A stretch of DNA of 39,143 nt from Candidatus Halarchaeoplasma halalkaliphilum (lineage in GTDB: Archaea > Thermoplasmatota > Thermoplasmata > Halarchaeoplasmatales > Halarchaeoplasmataceae). Both the position numbers and the translations under genes were made by a program. The stretch spans positions 1 through 39,143 of the forward strand of contig SLLU01000095.1 of the NCBI GenBank assembly GCA_007133925.1, in the 5' to 3' direction. This document shows positions 1 to 9,742 of the stretch, one piece after another; position 1 is the first letter of the stretch; each line of letters opens with the position of its first letter. The notes beneath the pieces are model-generated. The model was not told where the DNA came from and did no database searches. It saw nothing but the letters and a program-made list of their open reading frames with translations.

Positions 1-387
1 GTGGACACTGATGGTGAAGGCGTGGTTACTGTAAGTCCGGAAGGAACGGAGTTCGAAGAAGGAACCACCGTCACATTGACTGCGATTCCAACAGAGGGTT
101 GGACATTCGTCAGATGGGAAGGCGGAGCATCCGGAACCAGTGTGTCAACCAGTGTAACCATGGAAAACGACATAACTGTTACCGCAGTCTTTGAAAGGGA
201 CGATGAAAAACCCTCTGAATCCGGTTTCCTTGAAGACTACTGGTGGGTTCTTCTTATAATTATCATAGTGGTAGTAGTCCTGGTGATCCTGGTTGCCAAG
301 CAGGGAAAACAAGAGCCTGAGGATATATATGAAGAATCGGAAGACGAATATCTTGACGAGGACTTTGATGAGATGGATATGGCATGA
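1..387 (+). CDS. C-terminal part (5'-truncated by window) of a membrane-anchored surface protein with an InlB B-repeat-like domain
   Basis: Repeat motif GEGxVxxxPEG...VTLTAIPxEGWxFxxWEG...TVTMENDITVTAVFE, then a hydrophobic helix (WWVLLIIIIVVVVLVILV) and a very acidic tail. The frame is open from base 1. Confidence 0.85.
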   Translation: MDTDGEGVVTVSPEGTEFEEGTTVTLTAIPTEGWTFVRWEGGASGTSVSTSVTMENDITVTAVFERDDEKPSESGFLEDYWWVLLIIIIVVVVLVILVAKQGKQEPEDIYEESEDEYLDEDFDEMDMA

Positions 388-410
388 TTGTATCGATACA
401 TGAACCACCG

Positions 411-420
411 AAAATTTAAA
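411..420 (+). promoter_or_regulatory. Putative BRE/TATA box for valS (leaderless transcript)
   Basis: AAAATTTAAA ends about 26 nt before ATG 446, and no Shine-Dalgarno is evident. Confidence 0.55.
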
Positions 421-445
421 GTCTTGATTCAAAATAGTACCGTCC

Positions 446-3076
446 ATGTCCCAACCCGGAATCGAAGAATTCATCGAAATGGAAAACAAATGGTTGAAGA
501 GATGGGAAAATAGCGATATATACAGCTTCGATACCGAATCTGACAAAGAGATTTTTTCGATAGATACCCCTCCTCCGACCATATCCGGAAGAATGCACAT
601 CGGTCATGCATTTTCGTATACTCAGATGGACATGATCGCCAGATACAAGAGGATGAGGGGCTACAACGTGTTCTATCCATGGGGTTTTGATGATAACGGA
701 ATTGCAACGGAGTTATATGTAAAAAACGAAACCGGTGTGGATCCCAAGGATGTGGGCAGGGAGAGATTCATAGAACTATGCTTGGAAGAAAGCAAAAAAC
801 TGGAAGACGATCTGCAAAGAAAATGGAAGAGGGTTGGGACCTTTCCGGATTACAGCATCTTCTATCGTACGATCGATGAGAGATCCCGTAAAACATCTCA
901 GAAATCGTTCATAGAACTGTACAAGCTGGGAAGGGAGTACCGAAAGGAGTCTCCAACGCTATGGTGCCCTCATTGTGAAACCGCCATATCCCAGGTTGAG
1001 ACCGATGACATAGAAAAGAAGGGTACGTTCAACAACATAACATTCGATCTTGTGGACGGAGAACAGTTCACTATATCGACCACCAGACCAGAACTTCTAT
1101 CCGCATGTGTTGCGGTATTCGTTCATCCCGATGATGAAAAAAACTCACATCTCGTAGGTAAAAGGGCCATCGTACCTCTATTCGACCATGAAGTACCGAT
1201 ACTGGAAGACGATAGGGTCGATATGGAGACAGGTACGGGCATAGTCATGTGCTGTACATTCGGGGATCAGATGGATATCGATTGGTGGTACTCACACGAC
1301 CTCCCACTACGGATAGCCATAGACGAAACCGGTCACATGACTGATAAATCCGGTGTATATTCCGGCTTGGATGTTTACGGGGCCAGGGAAAGAATCATCC
1401 AGGACCTTAAAAAAGCGAACAAACTGGGTAAACAGTGGAAAATTCTCCATTCTGTCAATGTACATGAAAGGTGTGATACGCCAATCGAGTTTCTTGTTAC
1501 CAAACAGTGGTTCATTAGATACATGGATCTGCGAGAGGATTATCTAAAAATCGGTGAAAAACTTAACTGGTATCCGGAACACATGAAGGTGCGGTATGAT
1601 AACTGGGTCAAGTCCCTGAAGTGGGATTGGTGTATATCTCGACAGAGATACCATGGGATCCCATTTCCCGTTTGGTACTGTAAAAATTGCGGGGAGGTAA
1701 AACTCGCTGAAGACCAGCAGCTGCCGGTGAATCCTCTGGTTGATGAGCCCTTGGGAGTGTGTGAGAATTGTGGATCCCACGAGTTCGACCCAGAGCATGA
1801 TGTTCTTGACACCTGGGCCACATCCTCCTTAACACCTTTGATAGCAACGGGATGGATAGATGACTCCGAACTGTACCACAAGGTATTCCCCTTCAGTCTC
1901 AGACCCCAATCCCACGATATAATCAGTTTCTGGGCATTCAACACCATCGTTAAAAGTCTGTTTCATACCAATGAAAAACCATGGGATAACATCATGATCC
2001 ATGGGTATCTGATGCTACCCGGGGGAAAGGCCTTTTCTTCGTCAAGGGGCGTAATAATCGATCCGGAGGAAGTTGCGGAAGAATTCGGGGCGGATGCGAT
2101 AAGGTACCTAAGCGGCTCCAATAAACCGGGTGAAGACGCAGAGTTCGAAAAGAAATGGTTGAAACGTGGTCAGAAGATAAGAACAAAGTTCTGGAATATT
2201 CAGCAGTTCATAGGCAATTCCGTTAAAGATAAAATCAAGGATGCACCAAAACTGAGAACGGTTGATAAGTGGCTTCTTAGCAAATACAGCCAGGTGGTGA
2301 AAAACGCAACGGAGTACATGGATGGTTATAGGTATGATAAGGCCCTTCAGGAAGTGGAATATTTCATGTGGCATGTACTGGCCGACCATTACATAGAGAT
2401 GATAAAACATCGTATCTACAACGAGGATGATGTTGCGGTAAAATACACGTTGTTCAACGTTGGACTGGGCATAACAAAATTATTGGCGCCCGTGATGTGC
2501 TTTGTTACTGAGGAGGTCTATCATAGATTCTACTTGGAAAGTGAGGGCGAAAAGAGCATACATTTGTCTCCATGGCCTGAACCAAAATGGGATGATCCCA
2601 AGGCCGAGATACATGGGGACATGGTTCGTGATGTGATCCAGGCCGTAAGGCGCTGGAAAAGCGAAAACGGCATAGCACTGAGTGCGGAAATCCCCCCCCT
2701 GGAAGTGGTGGCCCCCACAACTTCCATAATGCATGCACTCCAACAATCAGCAGATGATATACTAAACACCGTAAAAACTCCCGAAATTCGGTTCGTTCCC
2801 TCAGAAGAAGTTACTGAGGAAATCGCCTCTGTCAAACCGGTGTATTCCCGTTTGGGCCCGAAGTTCAAAAGCGATGCACCAAAACTTTACGCTGAATTGA
2901 AAAGTATCGACCCATCTAGCATCTCGTTTCCTTTTGAAATGAACATTGAAGGAAGCAAGGTAGTACTTCATGAGGAAGATGTGGAATTGGAGACGGTGAC
3001 CAAAGTTCACGGGCGAGAGGTGGACATACTGGATGCAGGGGAATTCACCGTGCTGATGCCTCGATCTCAATCATAA
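446..3076 (+). CDS. valS: Valine--tRNA ligase, archaeal type
   Basis: FSIDTPPPTISGRMHIGH, TTRPELL, GTGIVMCCTFGD (editing domain), WDWCISRQRYHGIPFPVW, DVLDTWATSSLTP. The KMSKS loop is divergent (see findings). Confidence 0.97.
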   Translation: MSQPGIEEFIEMENKWLKRWENSDIYSFDTESDKEIFSIDTPPPTISGRMHIGHAFSYTQMDMIARYKRMRGYNVFYPWGFDDNGIATELYVKNETGVDPKDVGRERFIELCLEESKKLEDDLQRKWKRVGTFPDYSIFYRTIDERSRKTSQKSFIELYKLGREYRKESPTLWCPHCETAISQVETDDIEKKGTFNNITFDLVDGEQFTISTTRPELLSACVAVFVHPDDEKNSHLVGKRAIVPLFDHEVPILEDDRVDMETGTGIVMCCTFGDQMDIDWWYSHDLPLRIAIDETGHMTDKSGVYSGLDVYGARERIIQDLKKANKLGKQWKILHSVNVHERCDTPIEFLVTKQWFIRYMDLREDYLKIGEKLNWYPEHMKVRYDNWVKSLKWDWCISRQRYHGIPFPVWYCKNCGEVKLAEDQQLPVNPLVDEPLGVCENCGSHEFDPEHDVLDTWATSSLTPLIATGWIDDSELYHKVFPFSLRPQSHDIISFWAFNTIVKSLFHTNEKPWDNIMIHGYLMLPGGKAFSSSRGVIIDPEEVAEEFGADAIRYLSGSNKPGEDAEFEKKWLKRGQKIRTKFWNIQQFIGNSVKDKIKDAPKLRTVDKWLLSKYSQVVKNATEYMDGYRYDKALQEVEYFMWHVLADHYIEMIKHRIYNEDDVAVKYTLFNVGLGITKLLAPVMCFVTEEVYHRFYLESEGEKSIHLSPWPEPKWDDPKAEIHGDMVRDVIQAVRRWKSENGIALSAEIPPLEVVAPTTSIMHALQQSADDILNTVKTPEIRFVPSEEVTEEIASVKPVYSRLGPKFKSDAPKLYAELKSIDPSSISFPFEMNIEGSKVVLHEEDVELETVTKVHGREVDILDAGEFTVLMPRSQS

Positions 3077-3217
3077 ACATTCGCTATTACCTGCAGGTCC
3101 CTGACAATCTGAACAGATACCATTTTGGGAATGATCCCTGCATATCATCCTACCACAGAGGCTACAGGATAACACGGCCGGTTCTCCACACACATGACAT
3201 AAACCAATCAATTTCAT
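3071..3217 (-). CDS. Small (48 aa) Cys/His-rich zinc-finger protein, absent from the ORF track
   Basis: Manual translation MKLIGLCHVCGEPAVLSCSLCGRMICRDHSQNGICSDCQGPAGNSECL* gives CxxC-CxxC-CxxH-CxxC. SD-like AAAGGTG lies just upstream of the ATG, and the ORF fills the valS-aminotransferase gap. Confidence 0.88.
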   Translation of the reverse strand: MKLIGLCHVCGEPAVLSCSLCGRMICRDHSQNGICSDCQGPAGNSECL

Positions 3218-3333
3218 GTCAAACACCTTTTTTCAAAGAGTATGTCTCACATATAAATCTATTTCTCCATAATGTTTTTGAACTCCAAAATCATTATATG
3301 CTTCCTGGTTCTACCCTTCAATTGTTGATAACC

Positions 3334-4578
3334 ATGGTAGATTACAACCACATATTCTCGAAAAGGGCCCAGGGAATGAAGGCATCTGAAATACGCGAGC
3401 TTTTGAAACTCACACAACGGCCAGGGATAATATCCTTCGCCGGAGGACTTCCGAATCCGGATGCCTTTCCCAAGGAAACAACTCTGAAGATAGTGAACGA
3501 GTTGTTGAACGAGATACCGGAAAAGGTCCTTCAGTACGGATCCACAGAGGGTGTTCCCGAACTGAGAAAGGCGCTTGCCGAGAATATGGCAAAAAGGGGG
3601 ATGAAGGTCGAGCTCAATCAGATCATGATAACCCATGGATCACAGCAGGCGCTGGACCTACTGAGCAGAGTTCTTCTTGATCCCGGTGATACCATCGTAG
3701 TGGGTTCACCGACTTACCTCGGGGCCACGGGTGCTTTCAGGGCCTTCCAGGCCAGGATGGAAACAGTTCCCGTTGGAGAGGACGGGATGGATATGGATGC
3801 TTTGGATAAAAAGTTGAACGAGCTGGATAAAGAGGGAAAAAAGCCAAAGTTCGTTTACACCGTACCCACATTCCAGAACCCCTCTGGAGTCACCATACCC
3901 GGAGAGAACAGAAAGCGATTACTTGAAATCTGTTCTAAATATGATGTATTGATAGTGGAGGACTCACCATACTCATACCTCCGATATGAAGGGGAACCCC
4001 AGCCGCATTTACTCTCATTGGATACCGAGGACCGGGTGTTGAGGCTGCAGACGTTCTCAAAGATCCTGGCACCTGGTTTCAGGATAGCATGGGCCGTTGG
4101 TCCCGCCCAGCTCATCGATAAGATGGTCATAGCCAAACAGGCGGGGGACCTGTGCAGCAACCCATTCGGACAGTATGTTGCATGGAAGTACATCGCATCA
4201 GGTGCTCTGGACGAACACCTGGAATACATCAAGGAACTGTACAACGAAAAGCGACTCACCATGCTGGAGGCCATGGAACAGCATTTCCCCCCGGAGGCGA
4301 AGTGGAATAAACCCATGGGCGGCATGTTCGTTTGGGTCAAGTTGCCCGAGTACATTAACACCCGGGAGATGTTCGAAAAAGCCCTCCAGCAAAATGTGGC
4401 CTATGTTGTGGGAGATGCCTTTTACGTGGAAAACGAGGGATACAACACCATGCGGTTGAATTTCTCCCATTCATCTGAAGAGGAGATAAAGGAAGGCATC
4501 AAACGTCTGGGAGAGGTCATAAAACAGGAGATCGCGGAGAAAAAGGGGAAGATCACCGAGACAATAATAACTCCTTAA
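3334..4578 (+). CDS. PLP-dependent aminotransferase class I/II (2-aminoadipate transaminase / LysN-ARO8-like)
   Basis: ASEIRELLK, ISFAGGLP, YTVPTFQNPSG, EDSPY, TFSKILAPGFRIAW (PLP lysine), RLNFS. ATG 3334 is preferred over the ORF-track start 3298. Confidence 0.93.
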   Translation: MVDYNHIFSKRAQGMKASEIRELLKLTQRPGIISFAGGLPNPDAFPKETTLKIVNELLNEIPEKVLQYGSTEGVPELRKALAENMAKRGMKVELNQIMITHGSQQALDLLSRVLLDPGDTIVVGSPTYLGATGAFRAFQARMETVPVGEDGMDMDALDKKLNELDKEGKKPKFVYTVPTFQNPSGVTIPGENRKRLLEICSKYDVLIVEDSPYSYLRYEGEPQPHLLSLDTEDRVLRLQTFSKILAPGFRIAWAVGPAQLIDKMVIAKQAGDLCSNPFGQYVAWKYIASGALDEHLEYIKELYNEKRLTMLEAMEQHFPPEAKWNKPMGGMFVWVKLPEYINTREMFEKALQQNVAYVVGDAFYVENEGYNTMRLNFSHSSEEEIKEGIKRLGEVIKQEIAEKKGKITETIITP

Positions 4579-4660
4579 TATAACTCATCCCCACGGATCG
4601 AACTAAAAGGGGTAGCGTTGATGACAGTAACCTTAATAATCAACCTGAACATTGTGGTTT

Positions 4661-4684
4661 TACCGGTAGATATACCGGTAGATA
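4661..4684. repeat. Perfect tandem 12-bp repeat (TACCGGTAGATA)x2, each unit holding palindrome TACCGGTA
   Basis: Read directly at 4661-4672 and 4673-4684, upstream of polC. Confidence 0.85.
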
Positions 4685-4732
4685 TCACATGGGATCGCAC
4701 AAGGGATGGGATGTCCATGGGAGGATAGTAAT

Positions 4733-7700
4733 ATGACAAAATTGGCATATTCAGAACGGATGGAACGCTATTTCAGATCATTGGATGAAGAAGCTAGAAA
4801 ATGTTATAAGGTCGCAGAGGGTGCAAGGGCAAAGGGATTTGATCCGGAAACAGATGTTGAAATCCCCATGGCTGAGGACTTGGCCTTGAGGGCGCAGGAA
4901 CTTACTGGTATAGAAAATACCGCCGATAAGATCCGGGAGTTGAGTGAAATCCACGAGAGTAGGGAAGTGGTGTCCATCTTGATAGCCAAGGAAGTAGCCT
5001 CAAGAAAAACCGGCTCGGTGAATGAGAGACTGGAGAATGCAGTTCGGATAGGCTTGGCAGTACTCACCGAAGGAATCCTTGTGGCGCCCCTGGAAGGTAT
5101 AGGCAAGCTGGATATAAAGACCAACTCAGATGGTACGGATTACGCGGAGATATCTTTCGCAGGACCCATTCGTTCCGCAGGAGGTACAGGACAGGCCATG
5201 AGCGTCCTAATAGCGGATATCGTTCGTCGCGAACTGGGCATAGGTGCCTTCAAGGCTACCCCGGACGAGATACAGCGTTTCAAGGAAGAGGTGCCCCTGT
5301 ACAAAAAGGCAAGGAGCCTTCAATATACTCCCTCTGCCCAGGAGATAGAGATCATCATAAAAGGATGTCCCGTGAGCATAAGCGGTGAAGGCACGGAGAA
5401 GGAAGAGGTATCGGGTAATCGGGATCTCCCCCGGGTTGAGACCAACAGGATCAGGGGCGGAGCATGTCTTGTGATCGCCGAGGGTATGTGCTTAAAGGCC
5501 CAGAAGATAAAAAAGCATGTGGATAAACTGGATATAGAGGGCTGGGATTTTCTTGAAGATTACATAGATAACTATGCCAGTGCCAAGGAAGATAAAGGGG
5601 AAAAAGAGAAAGGCATATCTCCCAACTTCAAGTACATTAAGGAAACCATCGCGGGTCGTCCTGTATTCGGCCACCCTTCTGTCAAAGGCGGTCTTCGTTT
5701 GAGGTATGGTCGGGGTCGGACACTGGGATTAGCATCTATCGCAGTCAACCCCGCCACCATGTACATCTCTGGAGAGTTCATGGCCTTGGGTACACAAGTA
5801 AAGGTGGAACGGCCCGGAAAGGCCGGTGCCATCACACCCTGTGATACCATCGAGGGGCCTACAGTTTTGTTGAAAGACGGAAGTGTGTTGAAAGTGAACA
5901 CCGGCCAGGAGGCACGGGATCTGAAGGACAAGGTAAAGGAAATAATCGACATGGGCGAGATACTGATCCCCTACGGAGAATTCCTTGAAAACAACCATCC
6001 TTTGGTACCCGGGGCATATTGCCACGAATGGTGGGTTCAGGAAGCGGATATGGATCTGGATGAAGATGATATATCCCATGAAAAGGCGGTCGAACTTTCT
6101 CTCAAGGGTAAACCACTCCATCCAAAATACGTTTATTTTTGGGACTACAGCGATATCGAAAGTATTTCCTCCCTCAGGGATCACATATCTGCAAATGGGA
6201 AGATCGACGGGAAACTACAGATAGATCTGGACCGGGAGGTGAAAAAGATAATGGAGGACATAGGGATCCCCCATGTTCTCGAAAAAGATAGCATAGTAGT
6301 TGAGGAATACGCGCCCCTTCTTTTTTCCTTGGGTATCGACGTGGAGTCCATGGCGAAGAAGGGAGAAAGCAACGCTGCTGACCCCTTTGCCTATGTTTCC
6401 GAACTAGCGGGTGTTCCAATAAGGAGCAAAGGCCCCACCCCCATCGGTTCTCGTATGGCCCGGCCTGAAAAGGCAAAGGAACGCAAGATGGACCCACCGG
6501 TACATTCTCTTTTTCCAGTTGCGGATGCCGGAGGATCTCAACGACTCATACCCGAGGCCGCCCAGAAAAAGGTCATAGAGGTGGTAGTCAGTGCCCGTGA
6601 GTGCACGCGCTGCGGTAAGAAAGGAGCACAGATAAGGTGTACATGCGGGGGCCGTACCGATATAATAGATGAGCCCCGGTTGCAGAGGATACCCTTGCAA
6701 AACATGTATCGTCATGCCCTGTCAAACCTTAAGATCGGTGGGAACATAACCCGGATAAAAGGGGTGAAGGGCATGATGAACAAAACCAAAACACCGGAGG
6801 CCCTGGAAAAGGGGATACTAAGGGCAAAACACGACGTTTATGTGTTCAAGGACGGTACCACTAGATATGATATGACCGATCTTCCGGTGACCCATTTCAA
6901 ACCAGGGGAGATCGGATTATCCCTGGAGAAGGCAAGAGAATTGGGTTACACTACTGATGCGAAAGGTGAGGAACTGTGCCGTGAAGATCAGGTGGTGGAA
7001 CTCATGGTCCAGGATTTCATAGCTTCCGCAGACGCCGGACCTTATCTGGTAAAGGTAACTAAATTCGTTGATGAGCTTTTAGAGAAATATTACGGTATGG
7101 AACCCTACTACAACGCCGGGAGTTCCGAGGATCTCATAGGCCATCTGGTGGTCGGACTGGCACCTCATACATCCGGTGGAGTGTTGGGAAGACTCATAGG
7201 GTTCAACAAGGGAAAGGCGGGTTATGCCCATCCCTTCTTTCACGCTGCCAAGAGAAGAAATTGCGATGGTGACGAGGACTGCGTGATGCTGCTCCTGGAC
7301 GGCCTGCTGAACTTCTCTCAGAACTTTTTACAAGAGAAGAGGGGTGGTAAGATGGACGTCCCACTTGTACTCACAACCCGTATCAATCCTGATGAGATCG
7401 ACAAGGAAGCACACAATGTGGATACCATGTGGCGTTATCCTCTGGAGTTCTATCTCAAAGCGATGGAGTACGCAGATCCAAAGGAAGTCCTTGAAATAAT
7501 GGATATTGTGGAAAAACGGCTTGGGACTCCGGGGCAGTACGAAGGATTCGGATATACCCATGACACAACGGATATTTCCGAAGGCCCCAAGAGCAGCAAC
7601 TACACGAGATTGGGTAAGATGACCGAAAAAATGGAGGCCCAGATCCGGGTTGCCAAGATCATAAGGGCCGTGGATGAGAACGATGTTGTCTCTCGGGTCA

Positions 7701-8011
7701 TACAGGATCATTTCATCCCAGACATAATGGGTAATTTCAACAAGTTCTGCCTCCAGAAGATCAGGTGTACCAAATGTAACAAGAAATACAGGCGACCGCC
7801 ACTGAGTGAAAAATGTGTTTGCGGTGGAAATCTGACCCTGACAATACACCGGGCAGGGGTGAAGAAGTACCTAGATACCTCATTGAAGATGATAGAGAGA
7901 TTCGAACTATCTGATTACCTCTCTCAAAGGGTAAAACAGGTGAGTGACCAGATGGATTCACTCTTCGAAAATGACAAGGTATCCACTCCGAGCCTGGAAG
8001 AGTTCATGTGA
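4733..8011 (+). CDS. polC: DNA polymerase II (PolD) large subunit DP2, intein-free
   Basis: GILVAPLEGI, FAGPIRSAGGT, LRYGRGR, YAHPFFHAAKRRNCDGDED, C-terminal Zn finger CTKC...CVC and PIP-like SLEEFM. GGAGG precedes ATG 4733. Confidence 0.98.
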   Translation: MTKLAYSERMERYFRSLDEEARKCYKVAEGARAKGFDPETDVEIPMAEDLALRAQELTGIENTADKIRELSEIHESREVVSILIAKEVASRKTGSVNERLENAVRIGLAVLTEGILVAPLEGIGKLDIKTNSDGTDYAEISFAGPIRSAGGTGQAMSVLIADIVRRELGIGAFKATPDEIQRFKEEVPLYKKARSLQYTPSAQEIEIIIKGCPVSISGEGTEKEEVSGNRDLPRVETNRIRGGACLVIAEGMCLKAQKIKKHVDKLDIEGWDFLEDYIDNYASAKEDKGEKEKGISPNFKYIKETIAGRPVFGHPSVKGGLRLRYGRGRTLGLASIAVNPATMYISGEFMALGTQVKVERPGKAGAITPCDTIEGPTVLLKDGSVLKVNTGQEARDLKDKVKEIIDMGEILIPYGEFLENNHPLVPGAYCHEWWVQEADMDLDEDDISHEKAVELSLKGKPLHPKYVYFWDYSDIESISSLRDHISANGKIDGKLQIDLDREVKKIMEDIGIPHVLEKDSIVVEEYAPLLFSLGIDVESMAKKGESNAADPFAYVSELAGVPIRSKGPTPIGSRMARPEKAKERKMDPPVHSLFPVADAGGSQRLIPEAAQKKVIEVVVSARECTRCGKKGAQIRCTCGGRTDIIDEPRLQRIPLQNMYRHALSNLKIGGNITRIKGVKGMMNKTKTPEALEKGILRAKHDVYVFKDGTTRYDMTDLPVTHFKPGEIGLSLEKARELGYTTDAKGEELCREDQVVELMVQDFIASADAGPYLVKVTKFVDELLEKYYGMEPYYNAGSSEDLIGHLVVGLAPHTSGGVLGRLIGFNKGKAGYAHPFFHAAKRRNCDGDEDCVMLLLDGLLNFSQNFLQEKRGGKMDVPLVLTTRINPDEIDKEAHNVDTMWRYPLEFYLKAMEYADPKEVLEIMDIVEKRLGTPGQYEGFGYTHDTTDISEGPKSSNYTRLGKMTEKMEAQIRVAKIIRAVDENDVVSRVIQDHFIPDIMGNFNKFCLQKIRCTKCNKKYRRPPLSEKCVCGGNLTLTIHRAGVKKYLDTSLKMIERFELSDYLSQRVKQVSDQMDSLFENDKVSTPSLEEFM

Positions 8012-8013
8012 AC

Positions 8014-9033
8014 CTATCCGAATGAAAAGAGATCTGATTGCTTTTCCCTTCTCACGGATCCTGCCACATTCTCTATTAAATCAACCACCCGATCTTCGGT
8101 GAAATCCCTCTCGCCACAGAGGAACTCAACGATCCCGTCGGTATCGGGTTCACCGAATTTCAGTTCGTAGTTGTCGGTGACCTTCGGCTCCAGAAAGAGT
8201 TTCTTTATCTCGTCATGGTTACCGATGGATGCACCTTCTTTCTCCAGAATAGTTTCCAAAGATCCCATTTCCTTTACCTTTTTTAGTCCTCTTTTCGGTC
8301 CTATCCCCTTAACACCTTCGTTGTAATCCGTGCCACATAGAAGGGCTATATCCACCAGCTGCTCACGGGTGATACCAAGATCTTCCAGGACCTCATCAAG
8401 TATCATTATCTCTGGTGTTATCTCCCTATATTCATTCCGTCCGGGCATCTTCCTTTTGCCGGTAACTGTCAGATTCCTTACCAATCTGGGTGCACCGCAT
8501 AATAGTGAATCGAAGTCCTGGCTGCCCACCGCCCATGCATCTCCGTTGATGACCATGTGAGATGCTTGGGCCTCCCCTTCGGCTGGGGCCTGAACCCACG
8601 GTATCCCCATGAGTTCCAGCAATCTCTTTGAGTCCATGATTATCTCCTTGCTCATCCTGGAGGTTTGCTGGGCTTTGGTGCGTGCCTTTTCAAGATCACC
8701 TTCCCTCAAGGCCTTCTCGTGCTCCTTTTCCGCTTGGATCTTCCTCATCTTCCGCTTTTCAAGGGTCCCTTCTTTCATGGTGTCCGGTTCTCCGTCCAAC
8801 ACATAAACTGGTCTGATCCCTTCTTTTAAAAAATTCGCGTTGCGGTAGAGGAGACCAGATAGGTGAGATGTTACGTTACCCTTGGAATCCATTAGAGGTT
8901 TGCCGTCTCTCTGTCTGATACTGGCCAGGAATTGATATATTATGTTGTAACCATCCATGGCGATCCGTTTTCCACCCAGATCTTCCAAGGCTATCTCCTG
9001 TGAAAACAATATTTTACCGATGGCAACGCCCAT
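8014..9033 (-). CDS. fen: Flap endonuclease 1
   Basis: MGV start, YQFLASIRQRDG, TSHLSGLLYR, APAEGEAQA, SQDFDSLL, GTDYNEGVKGIGPK, C-terminal PIP box QSDLFSF. Confidence 0.98.
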   Translation of the reverse strand: MGVAIGKILFSQEIALEDLGGKRIAMDGYNIIYQFLASIRQRDGKPLMDSKGNVTSHLSGLLYRNANFLKEGIRPVYVLDGEPDTMKEGTLEKRKMRKIQAEKEHEKALREGDLEKARTKAQQTSRMSKEIIMDSKRLLELMGIPWVQAPAEGEAQASHMVINGDAWAVGSQDFDSLLCGAPRLVRNLTVTGKRKMPGRNEYREITPEIMILDEVLEDLGITREQLVDIALLCGTDYNEGVKGIGPKRGLKKVKEMGSLETILEKEGASIGNHDEIKKLFLEPKVTDNYELKFGEPDTDGIVEFLCGERDFTEDRVVDLIENVAGSVRREKQSDLFSFG

Positions 9034-9043
9034 GAATATTCAC

Positions 9044-9736
9044 CTAGAAAACCGCCCCTTCGGTATGTACCTTTATGCCTCTGTCCGTGATCTCGTAGGG
9101 CTTTATCGATCTTGAATGCTCGATGCGTCTCATCTTGATGATCTGTATGCTCATCTGATCTTCCTGCTTTTCATAGTCATATCTGAGCAGTATAACACCG
9201 TCAACGGTGTACTCCACAAGACCGTCCCTTGAGCTGTTTCGATTGTCATCTTTTACCTCGGCGGTCAGCAATGTGGTGGCACCGGTATCCTTGATCATAG
9301 TACAGAGTCCGAACAGGCGTTCTCTCTTTTCCCGTGGATTATCCGAGAGCATGTTGAGTAGTGATACTGAATCTATAGCGATACGCTGTGCTCCGAATTT
9401 TTTTATGAAATTCGGTAGTTCACTATTCAGCTTGTTTATGGTGGCATCCGCATCGCCTGGGCTGAGCTTTTCAATTACTATTTCCTCAGACTCGATGTAC
9501 TTTGTCAGATCCCAACCATATGCTCCGGCGGTTTTCACCATGGCATCTCGGTCTTCCTCCAGAGAGATGAAAACGCATTTTTCCCCCTTTTCAAGACCTT
9601 CCCAAAGATACTGGAGGGCAAAAGAAGTCTTACCCGTACCGAAAGACCCCATTACCGTGAACACATGGCCCTTGGGAACTCCCCCGTTCAACATGGTGTC
9701 CAGACCAGCTATACCTGTGGTCACTCTTTCTATCAT
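9044..9736 (-). CDS. KaiC/RAD55-family RecA-superfamily ATPase (single domain)
   Basis: TTGIAGLDTMLNGG, Walker A GSFGTGKT, FISLEE, Walker B RIAIDS, EYTVDGVI, IIKMR. Confidence 0.92.
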   Translation of the reverse strand: MIERVTTGIAGLDTMLNGGVPKGHVFTVMGSFGTGKTSFALQYLWEGLEKGEKCVFISLEEDRDAMVKTAGAYGWDLTKYIESEEIVIEKLSPGDADATINKLNSELPNFIKKFGAQRIAIDSVSLLNMLSDNPREKRERLFGLCTMIKDTGATTLLTAEVKDDNRNSSRDGLVEYTVDGVILLRYDYEKQEDQMSIQIIKMRRIEHSRSIKPYEITDRGIKVHTEGAVF

Positions 9737-9742
9737 CTTATA

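Noticed and set aside
4617..4650. TTGATGA...CTGA resembling a C/D box sRNA upstream of polC
   Set aside because: Only about 20 nt lie between the boxes, there is no internal D'/C', and the spacer looks like the polC TATA region.
7230..7285. Known DP2 intein insertion site (HAAKRRN/CDGDED)
   Set aside because: The motif is contiguous, so no intein is present.
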